A stretch of DNA of 36,322 bases from a virus. The notes under the pieces were generated by a model. The model saw only the letters and a program-made list of their open reading frames with translations. It had not been told where the DNA came from and searched no databases. Positions 20,118-29,917 of this stretch are shown piece by piece (position 1 is the stretch's first letter; each line of letters starts with the position of its first letter). The stretch is taken from the IMG/VR virus record IMGVR_UViG_3300044796_000141, positions 1-36,322 of that record. One strand, 5' to 3'. The position numbers and the translations under genes are program-made.

Positions 20118-21097
20118 TTTTTTCTAATCCAATCTTGCATAATTGTTGGGTTAGTTCTTTGAAGTTTTATCTTTCCCTTAATAGAATCGGACTGCTCACC
20201 GCCTAACTGATACAGTTCTTTAGATAGCTCTCTTATCTGTTCTGTCGTTTCAATACCAGGAAATCTTTCATCATTTTGCTTTTGATACAAAACTCCCCAC
20301 TGTTTATCCCAATTTTTTCTAAATTGTTGTATTTTATTAGGCAAAGATGCCCAACTATAGTGAAAAACTGATGGTAAATGATTATAAACTTCATTCATTA
20401 TCTGTCCGTACTTTATTGGCTCTTGTAGTCTTGCTTGCTCTACTTTTTCATTATAGAAGCCCATATGTGGAATATAATCGTAATTCATGCAGTTTACGTA
20501 CTCGCAACCGTCTGACATGCCCTCTTTTGCATAGATTCTGCCTGTTTCTGGGTGTGTTAGCCTTGCGTGCTTATTGATTGCGTGAGTAATCTCTGGCTTA
20601 TTGCGAGACATTCTCCACTTCCATGAATGTCTTCTATAGGTAAAGTGATTAGCATCTCCCCAAAGTTCTACAACTGGTAAATGTAATAGGTCGCAATTTT
20701 GTGGAAACTTTTTTGTAATAACTCTAATCTTTTCATAATCATCTTCGTGGACCACTTCATCCAAATCTTGTTGCCATAAAAATTCATGAGTGCATAAGGC
20801 TCTAGCGAATGCCTTAGCAATGCCGTCCATACCTGGCTCATTAGCGTCCCATTCGTTTTGAAAAAGTTTAAGCTTATCTTCGCCATATTCTTTTTGCAAC
20901 AAAAGTAATTCTTGATAGGTATTGTCCGTACTATGGTCTACTACTACCACCTCATCTGCGAAACCAAGCATACTTTCAATACATTCTTTATATGGATAGC
21001 ACATTGTCTCTGCATTGAAGCTAGTAGTATATGCGCTAATTTTTCCATAAAGCTTTTGATATTTAAATTGTCTATTGAATTCTAATACTACTTTCAT
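20105..21097 (-). CDS. GT2-like glycosyltransferase
   Basis: FADEVVVVD.STDNT, WQQDLDEVVHE, VFHYSW. Start set at ATG 21097, just after the upstream stop. Confidence 0.85.
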   Translation of the reverse strand: MKVVLEFNRQFKYQKLYGKISAYTTSFNAETMCYPYKECIESMLGFADEVVVVDHSTDNTYQELLLLQKEYGEDKLKLFQNEWDANEPGMDGIAKAFARALCTHEFLWQQDLDEVVHEDDYEKIRVITKKFPQNCDLLHLPVVELWGDANHFTYRRHSWKWRMSRNKPEITHAINKHARLTHPETGRIYAKEGMSDGCEYVNCMNYDYIPHMGFYNEKVEQARLQEPIKYGQIMNEVYNHLPSVFHYSWASLPNKIQQFRKNWDKQWGVLYQKQNDERFPGIETTEQIRELSKELYQLGGEQSDSIKGKIKLQRTNPTIMQDWIRKNCRL

Positions 21098-21098
21098 G

Positions 21099-23309
21099 TT
21101 ATATTCCTTTTGCTTGTTGCTCAAGTAAGAGTCTTGCACAAGCTTTAAAAATTTCTTCACTTTGAATTTCGTTAATTGGACCGTCTCCGTCTGGACATTT
21201 TGCACAACGATTCTTATAGCAAAATTTATCTTTACAGCCGGTAAGTCTATCTGACTGAATTAAGACGTACTTAGAATTAGCTTGGTCCTTATACCATGGG
21301 CCAGTGTTCGTGGCACTAGAGCAGCCAAATATTGCAACCAAAGGCGTATTAGAAGCAGCAGCTAAATGCATAGTAAAGCTGTCAATGCCAACATGAAGAT
21401 TGGCATTCTTAACTAGAGACGCTAATTGATGAACGTTTGTTTTACCTCTCAAGTCCAAATCTATATTTTTCAATAACGGCTCATCACCCATTCCAACTTG
21501 AACTACTTTGAGATTTGGAACAAGATTTTTAATATTTACTAACACTTCTTCCCACTCTCTGTAGTTTCTACCTTCCCATTGCCCCTGACCAGAACCTCTA
21601 TGAATAGTCAAGTAATTTACATCCGCAAGAGCATTTTCAGTCACTACAGATTCGTCTTCTTCTATGAAATAATTTCCTAATTCGGACTGACAATGTGCTG
21701 CATATTCTTGAGCAAGAAGTCTTCCTTGTCCTCTTCTAATCCAATTTGAAAACATATATTGAGTTGCTATATCGGGAGTTAATACCAAATCAAAACATTC
21801 TTCTGAAATGTCCATATTCATCATTGCTTGATTGTATGGAATGCATTTATGAATATTTGGATTGTTCTTTAGAATATCAAAATATTTTGGTTCCGTTGCA
21901 AAATAAAGTCTGTAATCTTTTGGAAATTGTTTAACTAGACCATCAATTACGGCAGTAGATATAAAAACATCTCCTGTGCTTCTTGGCATAGTAAACAAAA
22001 CATTAAATTCTTGTGGCGTGTCTATAAATTCTTTGATGTAATCTACTGGATTTATATTGACGGCCGCAACTTCATTTAAGAGCAGATTTTGTTTTACAGT
22101 TGTTACAAAATTCTGATTTACTACTTTTAAATCAAATTTAGCTTTGACTTTTTCTGCAAGTTCAAGCGCCCACTCTCTTGGCTTAGAATAAGATTTTACA
22201 ATCTTTTCCATTTTTCTTTTGGCGTCTTCTTCTAGAACGCTTGCCCATCTTGAACCTTTAATTAAAATTGGTTCCCATACGGCAGCTTGAGGAATTTCCG
22301 TTAATTGATATTCTACAGGAATAAACTTGCCATCCTTTAAAATATCTAAATGACCAGACCAATTTGTTGCCACAACTGGCAATCCAGAAGCAGCAGCTTC
22401 TAATACTGGGATACCAAAACCTTCGCCGTGGGTTAAAGTAACGAAGGCTTTAATCTTTGGATGATTGTATAAGTCAGCCATTTCTTCTTCGGTTAAATTT
22501 GCATGCAAAAGATATATAGGAGGACAATCTTCGTCTTTGACGCCAATGGCCGTCTTCAATTCTTTGATTCTGTTTAACACGCCATTATAATCTAAAAGAT
22601 TATTTCTGCTCATATTAGTCTTTAAAACAAGACCTACATCTTTTCTCTTATGGAACGCTTCAATAAAATATTTAAGAGTTAACGAAATATTTTTTCTATC
22701 TTCGCCCCAATTTCCACTTCCCCATTGCCCAACGTGAAGAAAGTTAAAATCACTAGTAAGTTCAAGATTTAAAAGATTCTTGTATTCTTTCTTCTTAAAA
22801 ATATTTGTATCAACTCCTTCTGCACAAACTGCAATAGGTTTTGTAATTTTCAATATACCTGTTTCGCCAGTATTTTGATTTTTCCATTGTACTTCTGTTT
22901 TTTCGGCAACGGTCTTAGCGTGCTCGGATGGAACTATAATTAAATCCATATTGTTGCATGCTTGTACCCACTGATGAGAAATTCTATCAGTTTCAACCAT
23001 GGCTGTTACGCCAACGTTAAATTTTGCTCTTTGTTTAAATTCGTTTGGAATTGTAACTTGAAGATACAAATCGAAATTTGGAATTTGTTTATTGTGAGTG
23101 GCCATTGCCATCTTATTGGCGTCTTCTCTAATTTGCTTTGCCAGAGGCGTGTCTTCTGCTATCCAAGAACAATTGCCCCAATTTAAAGGCTCTGCATAAA
23201 CATCAAACAGTGGGTCTTCTTTAATTGCTTGATAAATCATACGAGAATGGCTTCCGTAGCCTGACTGAGTCAATAGCGGAGCTTCAATTAATACTTTCAT
23301 TTTATTCAT
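21099..23309 (-). CDS. GT4 + GT9 (heptosyltransferase-like) fusion glycosyltransferase
   Basis: N-terminal SGYG, RKNI, EGFGIPVLEAAASGLPVV; C-terminal GDVFISTAVI, DLRGKT, GIDSFTMHLAAA..TPLVAIFG. Confidence 0.9.
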   Translation of the reverse strand: MNKMKVLIEAPLLTQSGYGSHSRMIYQAIKEDPLFDVYAEPLNWGNCSWIAEDTPLAKQIREDANKMAMATHNKQIPNFDLYLQVTIPNEFKQRAKFNVGVTAMVETDRISHQWVQACNNMDLIIVPSEHAKTVAEKTEVQWKNQNTGETGILKITKPIAVCAEGVDTNIFKKKEYKNLLNLELTSDFNFLHVGQWGSGNWGEDRKNISLTLKYFIEAFHKRKDVGLVLKTNMSRNNLLDYNGVLNRIKELKTAIGVKDEDCPPIYLLHANLTEEEMADLYNHPKIKAFVTLTHGEGFGIPVLEAAASGLPVVATNWSGHLDILKDGKFIPVEYQLTEIPQAAVWEPILIKGSRWASVLEEDAKRKMEKIVKSYSKPREWALELAEKVKAKFDLKVVNQNFVTTVKQNLLLNEVAAVNINPVDYIKEFIDTPQEFNVLFTMPRSTGDVFISTAVIDGLVKQFPKDYRLYFATEPKYFDILKNNPNIHKCIPYNQAMMNMDISEECFDLVLTPDIATQYMFSNWIRRGQGRLLAQEYAAHCQSELGNYFIEEDESVVTENALADVNYLTIHRGSGQGQWEGRNYREWEEVLVNIKNLVPNLKVVQVGMGDEPLLKNIDLDLRGKTNVHQLASLVKNANLHVGIDSFTMHLAAASNTPLVAIFGCSSATNTGPWYKDQANSKYVLIQSDRLTGCKDKFCYKNRCAKCPDGDGPINEIQSEEIFKACARLLLEQQAKGI

Positions 23310-23320
23310 TTTATAATCCT

Positions 23321-24577
23321 TTATACTTTTGAAAATTTAACTCTATGTTGATTGTGGTGTCTGTATTGTTCAATATGCTTTACAAGAGCATTGTCCCAAC
23401 TATTTACCATACTATCCATACCATAACGTCTTCTAACACTTTCCGCTGCCTTTGCGCCTATTTCTTTTCTTTGTTCCCAAGTAGTATTAAACATAGCTTC
23501 GTAAGCACCAAGCCATCTATCGTCACTTGCATGCTGGTCGTAAATGTATGGAATTTGTTGCGAGCCTCTTAAAATATTAGTATTTGGCTCAACTATCACT
23601 CCGTATATATTGCCAAATTCATCTATTGGCTGCTCTTGTAGTCCACCAGTCTTGGTTACAATTACTGGGGTTCCGCAATACAAACTTTCCAAACATGAAA
23701 GACCAAATCCTTCATTGCTTGAATGACAAACAGTTGCATCTGCAACATTGTAAAATTTAATCAATTGCTCGGTAGGTACTTGGTTTGGAATAAAAGAAAT
23801 TTGACTAGGCAATAGATTTAACATTCTAGCAACTTCGGTAAGATTGCCGCCTTCTTGGTCATTTGGGTCCGTTTTCATAAGCAAAAATGCTTTATCTTGT
23901 CCTACTTTGTCCAAAAGAGCCTTAAATGTCACTAAAACGTTAGAAGTGTTTTTTCTCATAGCATTTCTGCTATTATAAAAGAAAACAAACTTTTCGCTAT
24001 TGTTTCCCAAAAGTTCTTTTCTTAATGCAAGAACTTCATCCTTTGATGATGGTTTAAAGATATTTCCGTCAATTGCATGAGGAATATACTGAGCTTTGTG
24101 CTCTAAACCTAAGCCTTGCATGACACCGTATGTCAATTTTGAAATACAACCGAGGAAATCGCAACAGTCATACATACCTTTATTGAAAGTAGGCACTGGC
24201 AAACAATCCCAAATTGTATTATAAAACATTGGAATACCTCTATCTTTAATTTCATCTGACATATTAAACAACCAACCAAAGAAACGTGGGTCAGTAAAAA
24301 AGAAAAGACCATCAATCTTTTCATTGTTTAATATTTGTCTAATCATTTGTTCATTTCCGATAGCCATCTATTGGAAAGATTGTCCATCTATCGCCATATT
24401 CTTGCAATCTAATTGGTTGATAGTTTTCATGCTTCATTGCAGCACCTAAAGAAACGAATGAGAATCTATCGTCTTTCTTTAAGAGTCCGTTCAATAATGT
24501 ATTTCATTTGCGTTGCGACGCCGTGAAAAAGCAAGCGGCATATCACTTATAGTTAAAATCTTATATTTTTTTTCCAT
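23321..24577 (-). CDS. GT4 glycosyltransferase, about 417 aa, with three CGGN +1 recoding sites (24523, 24489, 24359)
   Basis: MEKKYKILTISDMPLAFS-[C]GGC-VATQMKYIIE-[C]GGA-LLKKDDRFSFVSLGAA...FPIDGY-[C]GGA-NEQMIRQIL...; C-terminal EGFGLSCLESLYCGTPVI. Confidence 0.88.
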
Positions 24578-25205
24578 TAAAATTATCCTTGTTGTTTTTT
24601 AATTTAGTTTGTCTAATTTTTTCTTTAGATTCTTCTGAATGATGTTTTCCAAACCAATGATTATTTTTACCCGTAATACTTTTTGAAATATTATTTTTAT
24701 GTTCGTCTGTTAATTTTTTATTTTTGTGAGCTAAAGATAATTTTATTTTTTGTTCTTCGCTCATTGGTTTGCCTTTATTATTAGCAATTCTACCTTTCAT
24801 TCCGCTGCTCATTCTTTTTAATTGTTCTTGCGTGTAAACGCCCTTCTTGCCCTTGTTCCAGGGTTCTCTACCAAACATTGGATGTTGCTCGCCTCTGCCT
24901 ACTGCCTTTCCACCCATCGTCTCATTTAATCCATTTTCGTATGAATCGTGAACAATTATTTGATATATTTCTACAATATCAAGCAAGTCTTCTGGAATAT
25001 TGTCTTGAATGATTTCCCATTTAATATTTTCAAATCCATACTTGCGAATCGTAGAATGAAAAGCCAAATCGTATTCTCTGTTCTTATCACTATCATTTAA
25101 AGATGAAGACCTATGTTTATCTTGTCTTTCTTTTAAATTCATAGTTTGTCCAATATAGCATTTACCACTTGGACTTGTTGCTTTGTAAATAAGACCAGTA
25201 TTCAT
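24561..25205 (-). CDS. GIY-YIG homing endonuclease with NUMOD3 repeats
   Basis: GLIY...GKCYIGQT, GLNETMGG, PWNKGKK, HSEESKEKI. Confidence 0.92.
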   Translation of the reverse strand: MNTGLIYKATSPSGKCYIGQTMNLKERQDKHRSSSLNDSDKNREYDLAFHSTIRKYGFENIKWEIIQDNIPEDLLDIVEIYQIIVHDSYENGLNETMGGKAVGRGEQHPMFGREPWNKGKKGVYTQEQLKRMSSGMKGRIANNKGKPMSEEQKIKLSLAHKNKKLTDEHKNNISKSITGKNNHWFGKHHSEESKEKIRQTKLKNNKDNFNGKKI

Positions 25206-25206
25206 T

Positions 25207-25470
25207 TTACTTTTTTGTTATTTCTGAATTGAAAAGTTCAAGAGTGAGATTTAATTTTTCTTGGCAAGATGACGCTGTATCTTTTGCACCCTCAAGCGTC
25301 TCAAAGAAGCCGAGTTTAACTATTTTAGGTAGCAAAACTACATACTTTCCTGGTTCGATTTCGCATATGTTTCCTAATGTAGGATGTACATAAAAGCGTT
25401 TACCATCTTCGTGAACTTCTTCCCATTGTGGTAGTTGTGTTGGATTACTCATTTGTATCTCCTTCTTCAT
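25207..25470 (-). CDS. hypothetical protein
   Basis: ORF track. Confidence 0.65.
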   Translation of the reverse strand: MKKEIQMSNPTQLPQWEEVHEDGKRFYVHPTLGNICEIEPGKYVVLLPKIVKLGFFETLEGAKDTASSCQEKLNLTLELFNSEITKK

Positions 25471-25720
25471 GTCCTAAAAGTTTATGATTTTCATCATACC
25501 ATGAAGCAAACATATTTTCTGGATGAGGACCGTGTTGTGGTCCTTGAGTTTCTGTTGCTGCTTTAATTAATTGTTCTGGAAAATATAAATAACCTTTATT
25601 ATATAAACGATATTCGTCTCTTGTAATAACTTTCAATCCTTTTGCTGTAGTTAAAGATACTTTACCAAAAAATTTAACATAACTGAAAATCAATCTTCCT
25701 AAAAATTTTAAAAATCTCAT
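25445..25720 (-). CDS. hypothetical protein
   Basis: ORF track. Confidence 0.6.
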   Translation of the reverse strand: MRFLKFLGRLIFSYVKFFGKVSLTTAKGLKVITRDEYRLYNKGYLYFPEQLIKAATETQGPQHGPHPENMFASWYDENHKLLGHEEGDTNE

Positions 25721-25721
25721 A

Positions 25722-25919
25722 TTACTTCTTCCCCACTAGTTGTGTCCCTGACATTACCAGAGTGCCACTGATGTAACCTACACAGAAAGCGTTTATAGCC
25801 TCTTGGAGCGTAGTTCTCGATTGTCCAAGGGCAAGGTCAAGCTTGAACGCGTTCTCTTCTTCTACGCGTGCTGCAAGCATCTTTGCTTTTACGAATTGAT
25901 TTTTCTTATTTCTTCCCAT
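25722..25919 (-). CDS. hypothetical protein, possibly a small DNA-binding regulator
   Basis: AGGAG RBS and its own upstream promoter; ARV..E..F...QEAINAF pattern is weakly ribbon-helix-helix-like. Confidence 0.55.
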   Translation of the reverse strand: MGRNKKNQFVKAKMLAARVEEENAFKLDLALGQSRTTLQEAINAFCVGYISGTLVMSGTQLVGKK

Positions 25920-25941
25920 AATTTTAGTTCTCCTAAAATTA

Positions 25942-25969
25942 AGTATACCCAGTATACAATAATAGTAAA
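25942..25969 (-). promoter_or_regulatory. sigma70-type promoter TTTACT-N16-TATACT
   Basis: Intergenic, upstream of AGGAG and ATG 25919. Confidence 0.45.
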
Positions 25970-25979
25970 GTAAAATTAT

Positions 25980-26576
25980 TTATTTTTTTGAAACATTGTA
26001 TTTGTCAATGTAGTAAATAATACTATTTAACATATTTTTATTTTTTTCTATCTTTCCAAGCAATAAGTTGCAGCTATGACATAATAATCCTCTAATTTGT
26101 CCTGTTTCGTGATTATGGTCTACGCAAAAAGATTTAATTCTATTGTTTTGTTTTTCTAAATATTCAAAAATAGTTATATTGCACATTTCACAACAATTAT
26201 TTTGCCCTAAAAGCATTTTGTTATATTGTTCTAAAGTAATTCCATAATTTTTTATTAAATCATTTTCTTTTGCTATTTTTATATTTTCTGGTATTAAAGA
26301 TTTTTCTTTTCTTTTTAATTTTACTTCTGGATTTTTATTGTAGTTTTTATGCCATTCATTTATTTTAGATTTATTTTCTTTTTTAGAATGATATTTTTTT
26401 GATGTTTTCTTTAGTCTTTCTTTATTGTTGGGAATGTTTATATATTCTTCATTGCAAAACTTGCACCAATTTTGTAGACCATCTTTTTGATGTGCTTTAT
26501 TTTTGCCAAAATTTTCTAATGGTTGAGGATTTATTTGTTTGCATAATCCTTTTTTGTATCTTGAGCAATTTTTCAT
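25980..26576 (-). CDS. Endonuclease VII-like homing endonuclease (uninterrupted)
   Basis: KDGLQNWCKFC, YGITLEQY, CEMC, VDHNHETGQIRGLLCHSCN. Confidence 0.9.
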   Translation of the reverse strand: MKNCSRYKKGLCKQINPQPLENFGKNKAHQKDGLQNWCKFCNEEYINIPNNKERLKKTSKKYHSKKENKSKINEWHKNYNKNPEVKLKRKEKSLIPENIKIAKENDLIKNYGITLEQYNKMLLGQNNCCEMCNITIFEYLEKQNNRIKSFCVDHNHETGQIRGLLCHSCNLLLGKIEKNKNMLNSIIYYIDKYNVSKK

Positions 26577-27379
26577 TTAATTATACGACTACAATTTTCA
26601 CTTTTATAAAATTCACAAGTTCTACCGAAACGATGACATGCTGTAAAGTTTTTTCTAAAAACTTCTTTATTTATTGAAGTTAAAGATTTTTCTAACCATT
26701 CTTCTGCATTTTTTGCTTTTACATTTCCGCATGGAACATCTATATAAGAAATTGGATTTTTACTTTTTATATTTTTTTCTAAAACTACAAAGCATAATTT
26801 AATATTTTCTGGATTTATATTTTCTAGTTCTGAATAAAACTTTTTGTATAATACTAATTGTGCATCTTTTTTTGCATTTTGATATTCTTTAAAAAAATAA
26901 ACAGAACTTGCCGTTTTTAAGTCGGCTATTATAATTTCTCCAGTATCTAATCGTTTAAAAATTAAATCTATAAATCCTTTAAAATTTTGTGGAAAGCCAA
27001 CTATTTTAGATTTTAATTCCCATTCAATTCCTATGACTTCTATTTTACCAAAATTCTTTTCAAAAAATGGTAGCACTTCTGGCAATATTTTTTCAAATAG
27101 AAATGTATAATTTAGATACTTGATGTCTGTAATTTTATATAAAGAGCATAATCTTTTCCAAGTTTTCGCCGCGCGAACTACTGCGTTCTCTGGAGTAATA
27201 GCATCTAAAAGAATAGCCTGAATGTATTTGTGGGATAAAGTACCAAAAGCCATTTCCTCAGATGATTTTTCTTTTCTGAGCTTTTTTACATTAACTAATT
27301 CAAAATATTTTGGACATAACTCAAAGTTAGATAATCCAGAATAAGATATAGTTTCGACTATTGGTAATTTTGTTGTCAA
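26573..27379 (-). CDS. PD-(D/E)XK (RecB/Cas4-like) exonuclease
   Basis: SYS..F..CP, FGTLSH, GFIDL, IADLKT, QLVLY, C-terminal Cys cluster. Confidence 0.9.
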   Translation of the reverse strand: MTTKLPIVETISYSGLSNFELCPKYFELVNVKKLRKEKSSEEMAFGTLSHKYIQAILLDAITPENAVVRAAKTWKRLCSLYKITDIKYLNYTFLFEKILPEVLPFFEKNFGKIEVIGIEWELKSKIVGFPQNFKGFIDLIFKRLDTGEIIIADLKTASSVYFFKEYQNAKKDAQLVLYKKFYSELENINPENIKLCFVVLEKNIKSKNPISYIDVPCGNVKAKNAEEWLEKSLTSINKEVFRKNFTACHRFGRTCEFYKSENCSRIIK

Positions 27380-27597
27380 TTGAATACTTTCGTTTCGTCC
27401 GCTTCTAAGTTTGTTTCCACAAAAATCTTAGGATATTCTTTTGATAAATTAAGAAATGTTTTTTGTATATGGTCAGCAATTTGAGTTAGGCTAACCTCTG
27501 TGGTTCCTTCTTGCTTACTAAACTTAATGTCAGCATCGCATTCATATTTAATTCTATTTACATCAATATCCATCGTAATAACAAATGTCAATTTCAT
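27376..27597 (-). CDS. hypothetical protein
   Basis: ORF track. Confidence 0.6.
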   Translation of the reverse strand: MKLTFVITMDIDVNRIKYECDADIKFSKQEGTTEVSLTQIADHIQKTFLNLSKEYPKIFVETNLEADETKVFN

Positions 27598-27610
27598 TTT
27601 TTTTCCTTGG

Positions 27611-28873
27611 TCATCTTAGTAAATCATCAATCTTGTAAGATAACATTCCTTCTTCAACATATCTTTTATTGCAGCTTCCATAAAGTAAAAACAACCATTT
27701 CTTTGGGCAGGAAGCGTTTATTCTAGTTCCATCACCATCTGTTAAAACAACTACGTAAGGATGTTTTTTAAAATTTTCTTGAATGTAATCTTCAATGATT
27801 CTAAAATCTGTACCGCCGCCACCTTGTGGGTTTTCTTTTTGTTTTAAATCATAAGCATACACACTAGTGTCAAAAGAAATGCATTTTATTTGAAAATTTC
27901 TGGGTGCATTCTTTAATATTCCAACGAATAAGCTCAAAGCGTGAAGGTCTATTGATGCAGAAGCATCTATAGCGACAAAAATTTCTTTTCTTTCTTTCGG
28001 CTTCAATCTTGGTAAGATTATGTCTGGATAGACTGATATTAGCTTATTATTGACTTTATTCCATTGATATGTGGTCTTTTTGATGTCAACGAAGTCATAT
28101 ATGACCTTATCCCAATTCATTTTGGTCGAAGAGAGGTCATTAATTGGTCTATACATACCAATACGTCCCTTGCCGGCTCTATTGGATTTTTGTAAATTCT
28201 TTTGAAGCTCTTCTAATTTTTTTAATTCACTTTCTTTCAAAGAAGAATTTTGAATATTATTTGATATAAGGTCGTCTAAAGCATCCAAAAATTCTTCTGG
28301 AATGTTCATTAACCAACCGTGCTCGCAATCTTCGCCTTGACCTGGTTCTGGGTCAGGAAGAAGCTTATAGACATCCATGACTGCCATATCATGACAGTCT
28401 GCACCGATAGTTGTTTTTCCAAAATAGATTTTAATCTTGCTTAGGATAGAAGTCGCGTCAGGCTTTGTAAATCCATAAAGATTCACTAATGAATCGTTAT
28501 CAACGCAATCAGCAGCAATATTGAATTTGTTTTTAAATTTAGTAAATTCTTTCGCTTCTGGCGATGTATAATCTTGCTCTATAACCTTTTTAATTGAATT
28601 ATATTTATCTATTAGTATAGATACATGTCCATTTAAAACGTGAACAGCTTCGTGCGCTAGAACAAATCTAAATTCTTCATCGTTCAGCATATCAAAGAAA
28701 TTTTTATTGAATGATAATTTCCATTTATTGCCTTCAAAAGCTACGCACGCAGTTTTTGAAACGTTAGAAAATTCTATCTTGCCAAGTTGGCAAATCTTTA
28801 CTAATAAATAATTTTTCTGTTTAGAAAACCATTCAAGAGCATCGGTGTATTTTTTTTCTAATTCTCTATTCAT
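27611..28873 (-). CDS. metallopeptidase-VWA protein (DUF2201-like)
   Basis: FVLAHEAVHVLNGH, NIAAD, VAIDASAS, GGGGTDF, VVLTDG. Confidence 0.9.
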   Translation of the reverse strand: MNRELEKKYTDALEWFSKQKNYLLVKICQLGKIEFSNVSKTACVAFEGNKWKLSFNKNFFDMLNDEEFRFVLAHEAVHVLNGHVSILIDKYNSIKKVIEQDYTSPEAKEFTKFKNKFNIAADCVDNDSLVNLYGFTKPDATSILSKIKIYFGKTTIGADCHDMAVMDVYKLLPDPEPGQGEDCEHGWLMNIPEEFLDALDDLISNNIQNSSLKESELKKLEELQKNLQKSNRAGKGRIGMYRPINDLSSTKMNWDKVIYDFVDIKKTTYQWNKVNNKLISVYPDIILPRLKPKERKEIFVAIDASASIDLHALSLFVGILKNAPRNFQIKCISFDTSVYAYDLKQKENPQGGGGTDFRIIEDYIQENFKKHPYVVVLTDGDGTRINASCPKKWLFLLYGSCNKRYVEEGMLSYKIDDLLR

Positions 28874-29858
28874 TATGTGGCATTAATGCTTTTTCTATTT
28901 TTGGATACTTATCTGTTCCCTTTGCGAAATAGATATTCTTAAGAAGTTCTTCATTGTGTCCTGGAAATTTGCGCTTGAAAATTTCATTTATTAAATCTGG
29001 CGGAAGCAATTCAATTAAATCTGCCGCCACGATAAACTCATCAAGATTGCACTTCTTTAAATTTTCTGCAATCTGAATCATCATTTTTGGATTTTCTTTT
29101 ATTTTCTTTGAAAAGTGGTCAACATTTTTTAAAATGGACTCTTTTGTAATTTCTATACCATTGTATCTAAAAACATCCAATTTTTCTTCGAGGACACTTA
29201 TGGGCCATGAATGACCTATTGGCAATGCATCTCTCCATGGAATATCTTTGTCAATCATAATGCCAAGATACTCTACTCTTCTTGGAGTAAAAATAATTTT
29301 TTGTTCTTCGCTTAACGCCGAGTCCCACCAATATTTTATTACTTTGGCAATACCAGGATTCATTTTGGTAGCTAGATAATCCAAATCTACCTCTGGTGTT
29401 TTCTTTATATAGCAGTGAAATCTATCGACGATAGCGTGGTCAACTTCATCTACGTTGTACCCTTCGCCAGAAGGATTCATAGCGGCCCAAATTAATTTAA
29501 GCTTTGGAAGTGGTGTACCATTGATAGTCTTGAACTGAAGAATTTCTAAGATAGAATTTAAAACTTTTTCGTTTTGCGGTCTGTTTAGCTCGTCAAAGAA
29601 GATGAACTCTGCATCTAAAAGCTTTTTGGACTGAAAGTATTCAATTGTCTTTGTGTCTTTGTTTGGAACGGGAATACCGACTAAATCTGTAAAGGGGTCA
29701 AGCGTAGAAGCTGAGTAATATTCAAATTTCAATTTAAGCTTCTCAGAAATTGCTTTTACGATGGTTGTCTTACCAACACCTGGATGTCCAATAAAAAGAA
29801 CGTTTAAATTATTATTTGCGTATGTTATTAATTTTTCTTCTAGTGAGAGTTCTTGCAT
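28866..29858 (-). CDS. MoxR-like AAA+ ATPase
   Basis: GHPGVGKT, DLVGIP, IFFDELNR, AAMNP, VDRF. Confidence 0.92.
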   Translation of the reverse strand: MQELSLEEKLITYANNNLNVLFIGHPGVGKTTIVKAISEKLKLKFEYYSASTLDPFTDLVGIPVPNKDTKTIEYFQSKKLLDAEFIFFDELNRPQNEKVLNSILEILQFKTINGTPLPKLKLIWAAMNPSGEGYNVDEVDHAIVDRFHCYIKKTPEVDLDYLATKMNPGIAKVIKYWWDSALSEEQKIIFTPRRVEYLGIMIDKDIPWRDALPIGHSWPISVLEEKLDVFRYNGIEITKESILKNVDHFSKKIKENPKMMIQIAENLKKCNLDEFIVAADLIELLPPDLINEIFKRKFPGHNEELLKNIYFAKGTDKYPKIEKALMPHNE

Positions 29859-29877
29859 AGTTTTCTTTCCTACGAAA

Positions 29878-29906
29878 GATGTACCATACTTTTTTTAGGA
29901 ACGCAA
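29878..29906 (-). promoter_or_regulatory. possible sigma70-type promoter TTGCGT-N17-TACATC
   Basis: Intergenic, between the recoded stop at 29918 and ATG 29858. Confidence 0.4.
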
Positions 29907-29917
29907 GGAATGATAAT

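Noticed and set aside
24368-24560. Group I intron linked to the GIY-YIG gene splitting the glycosyltransferase
   Set aside because: The gap is fully explained as the glycosyltransferase N-terminus with three CGGN sites, and no intron core is visible.
26573-27379. CRISPR-associated Cas4
   Set aside because: No repeat-spacer array or other cas genes are in the window, and such nucleases are common solo phage genes.
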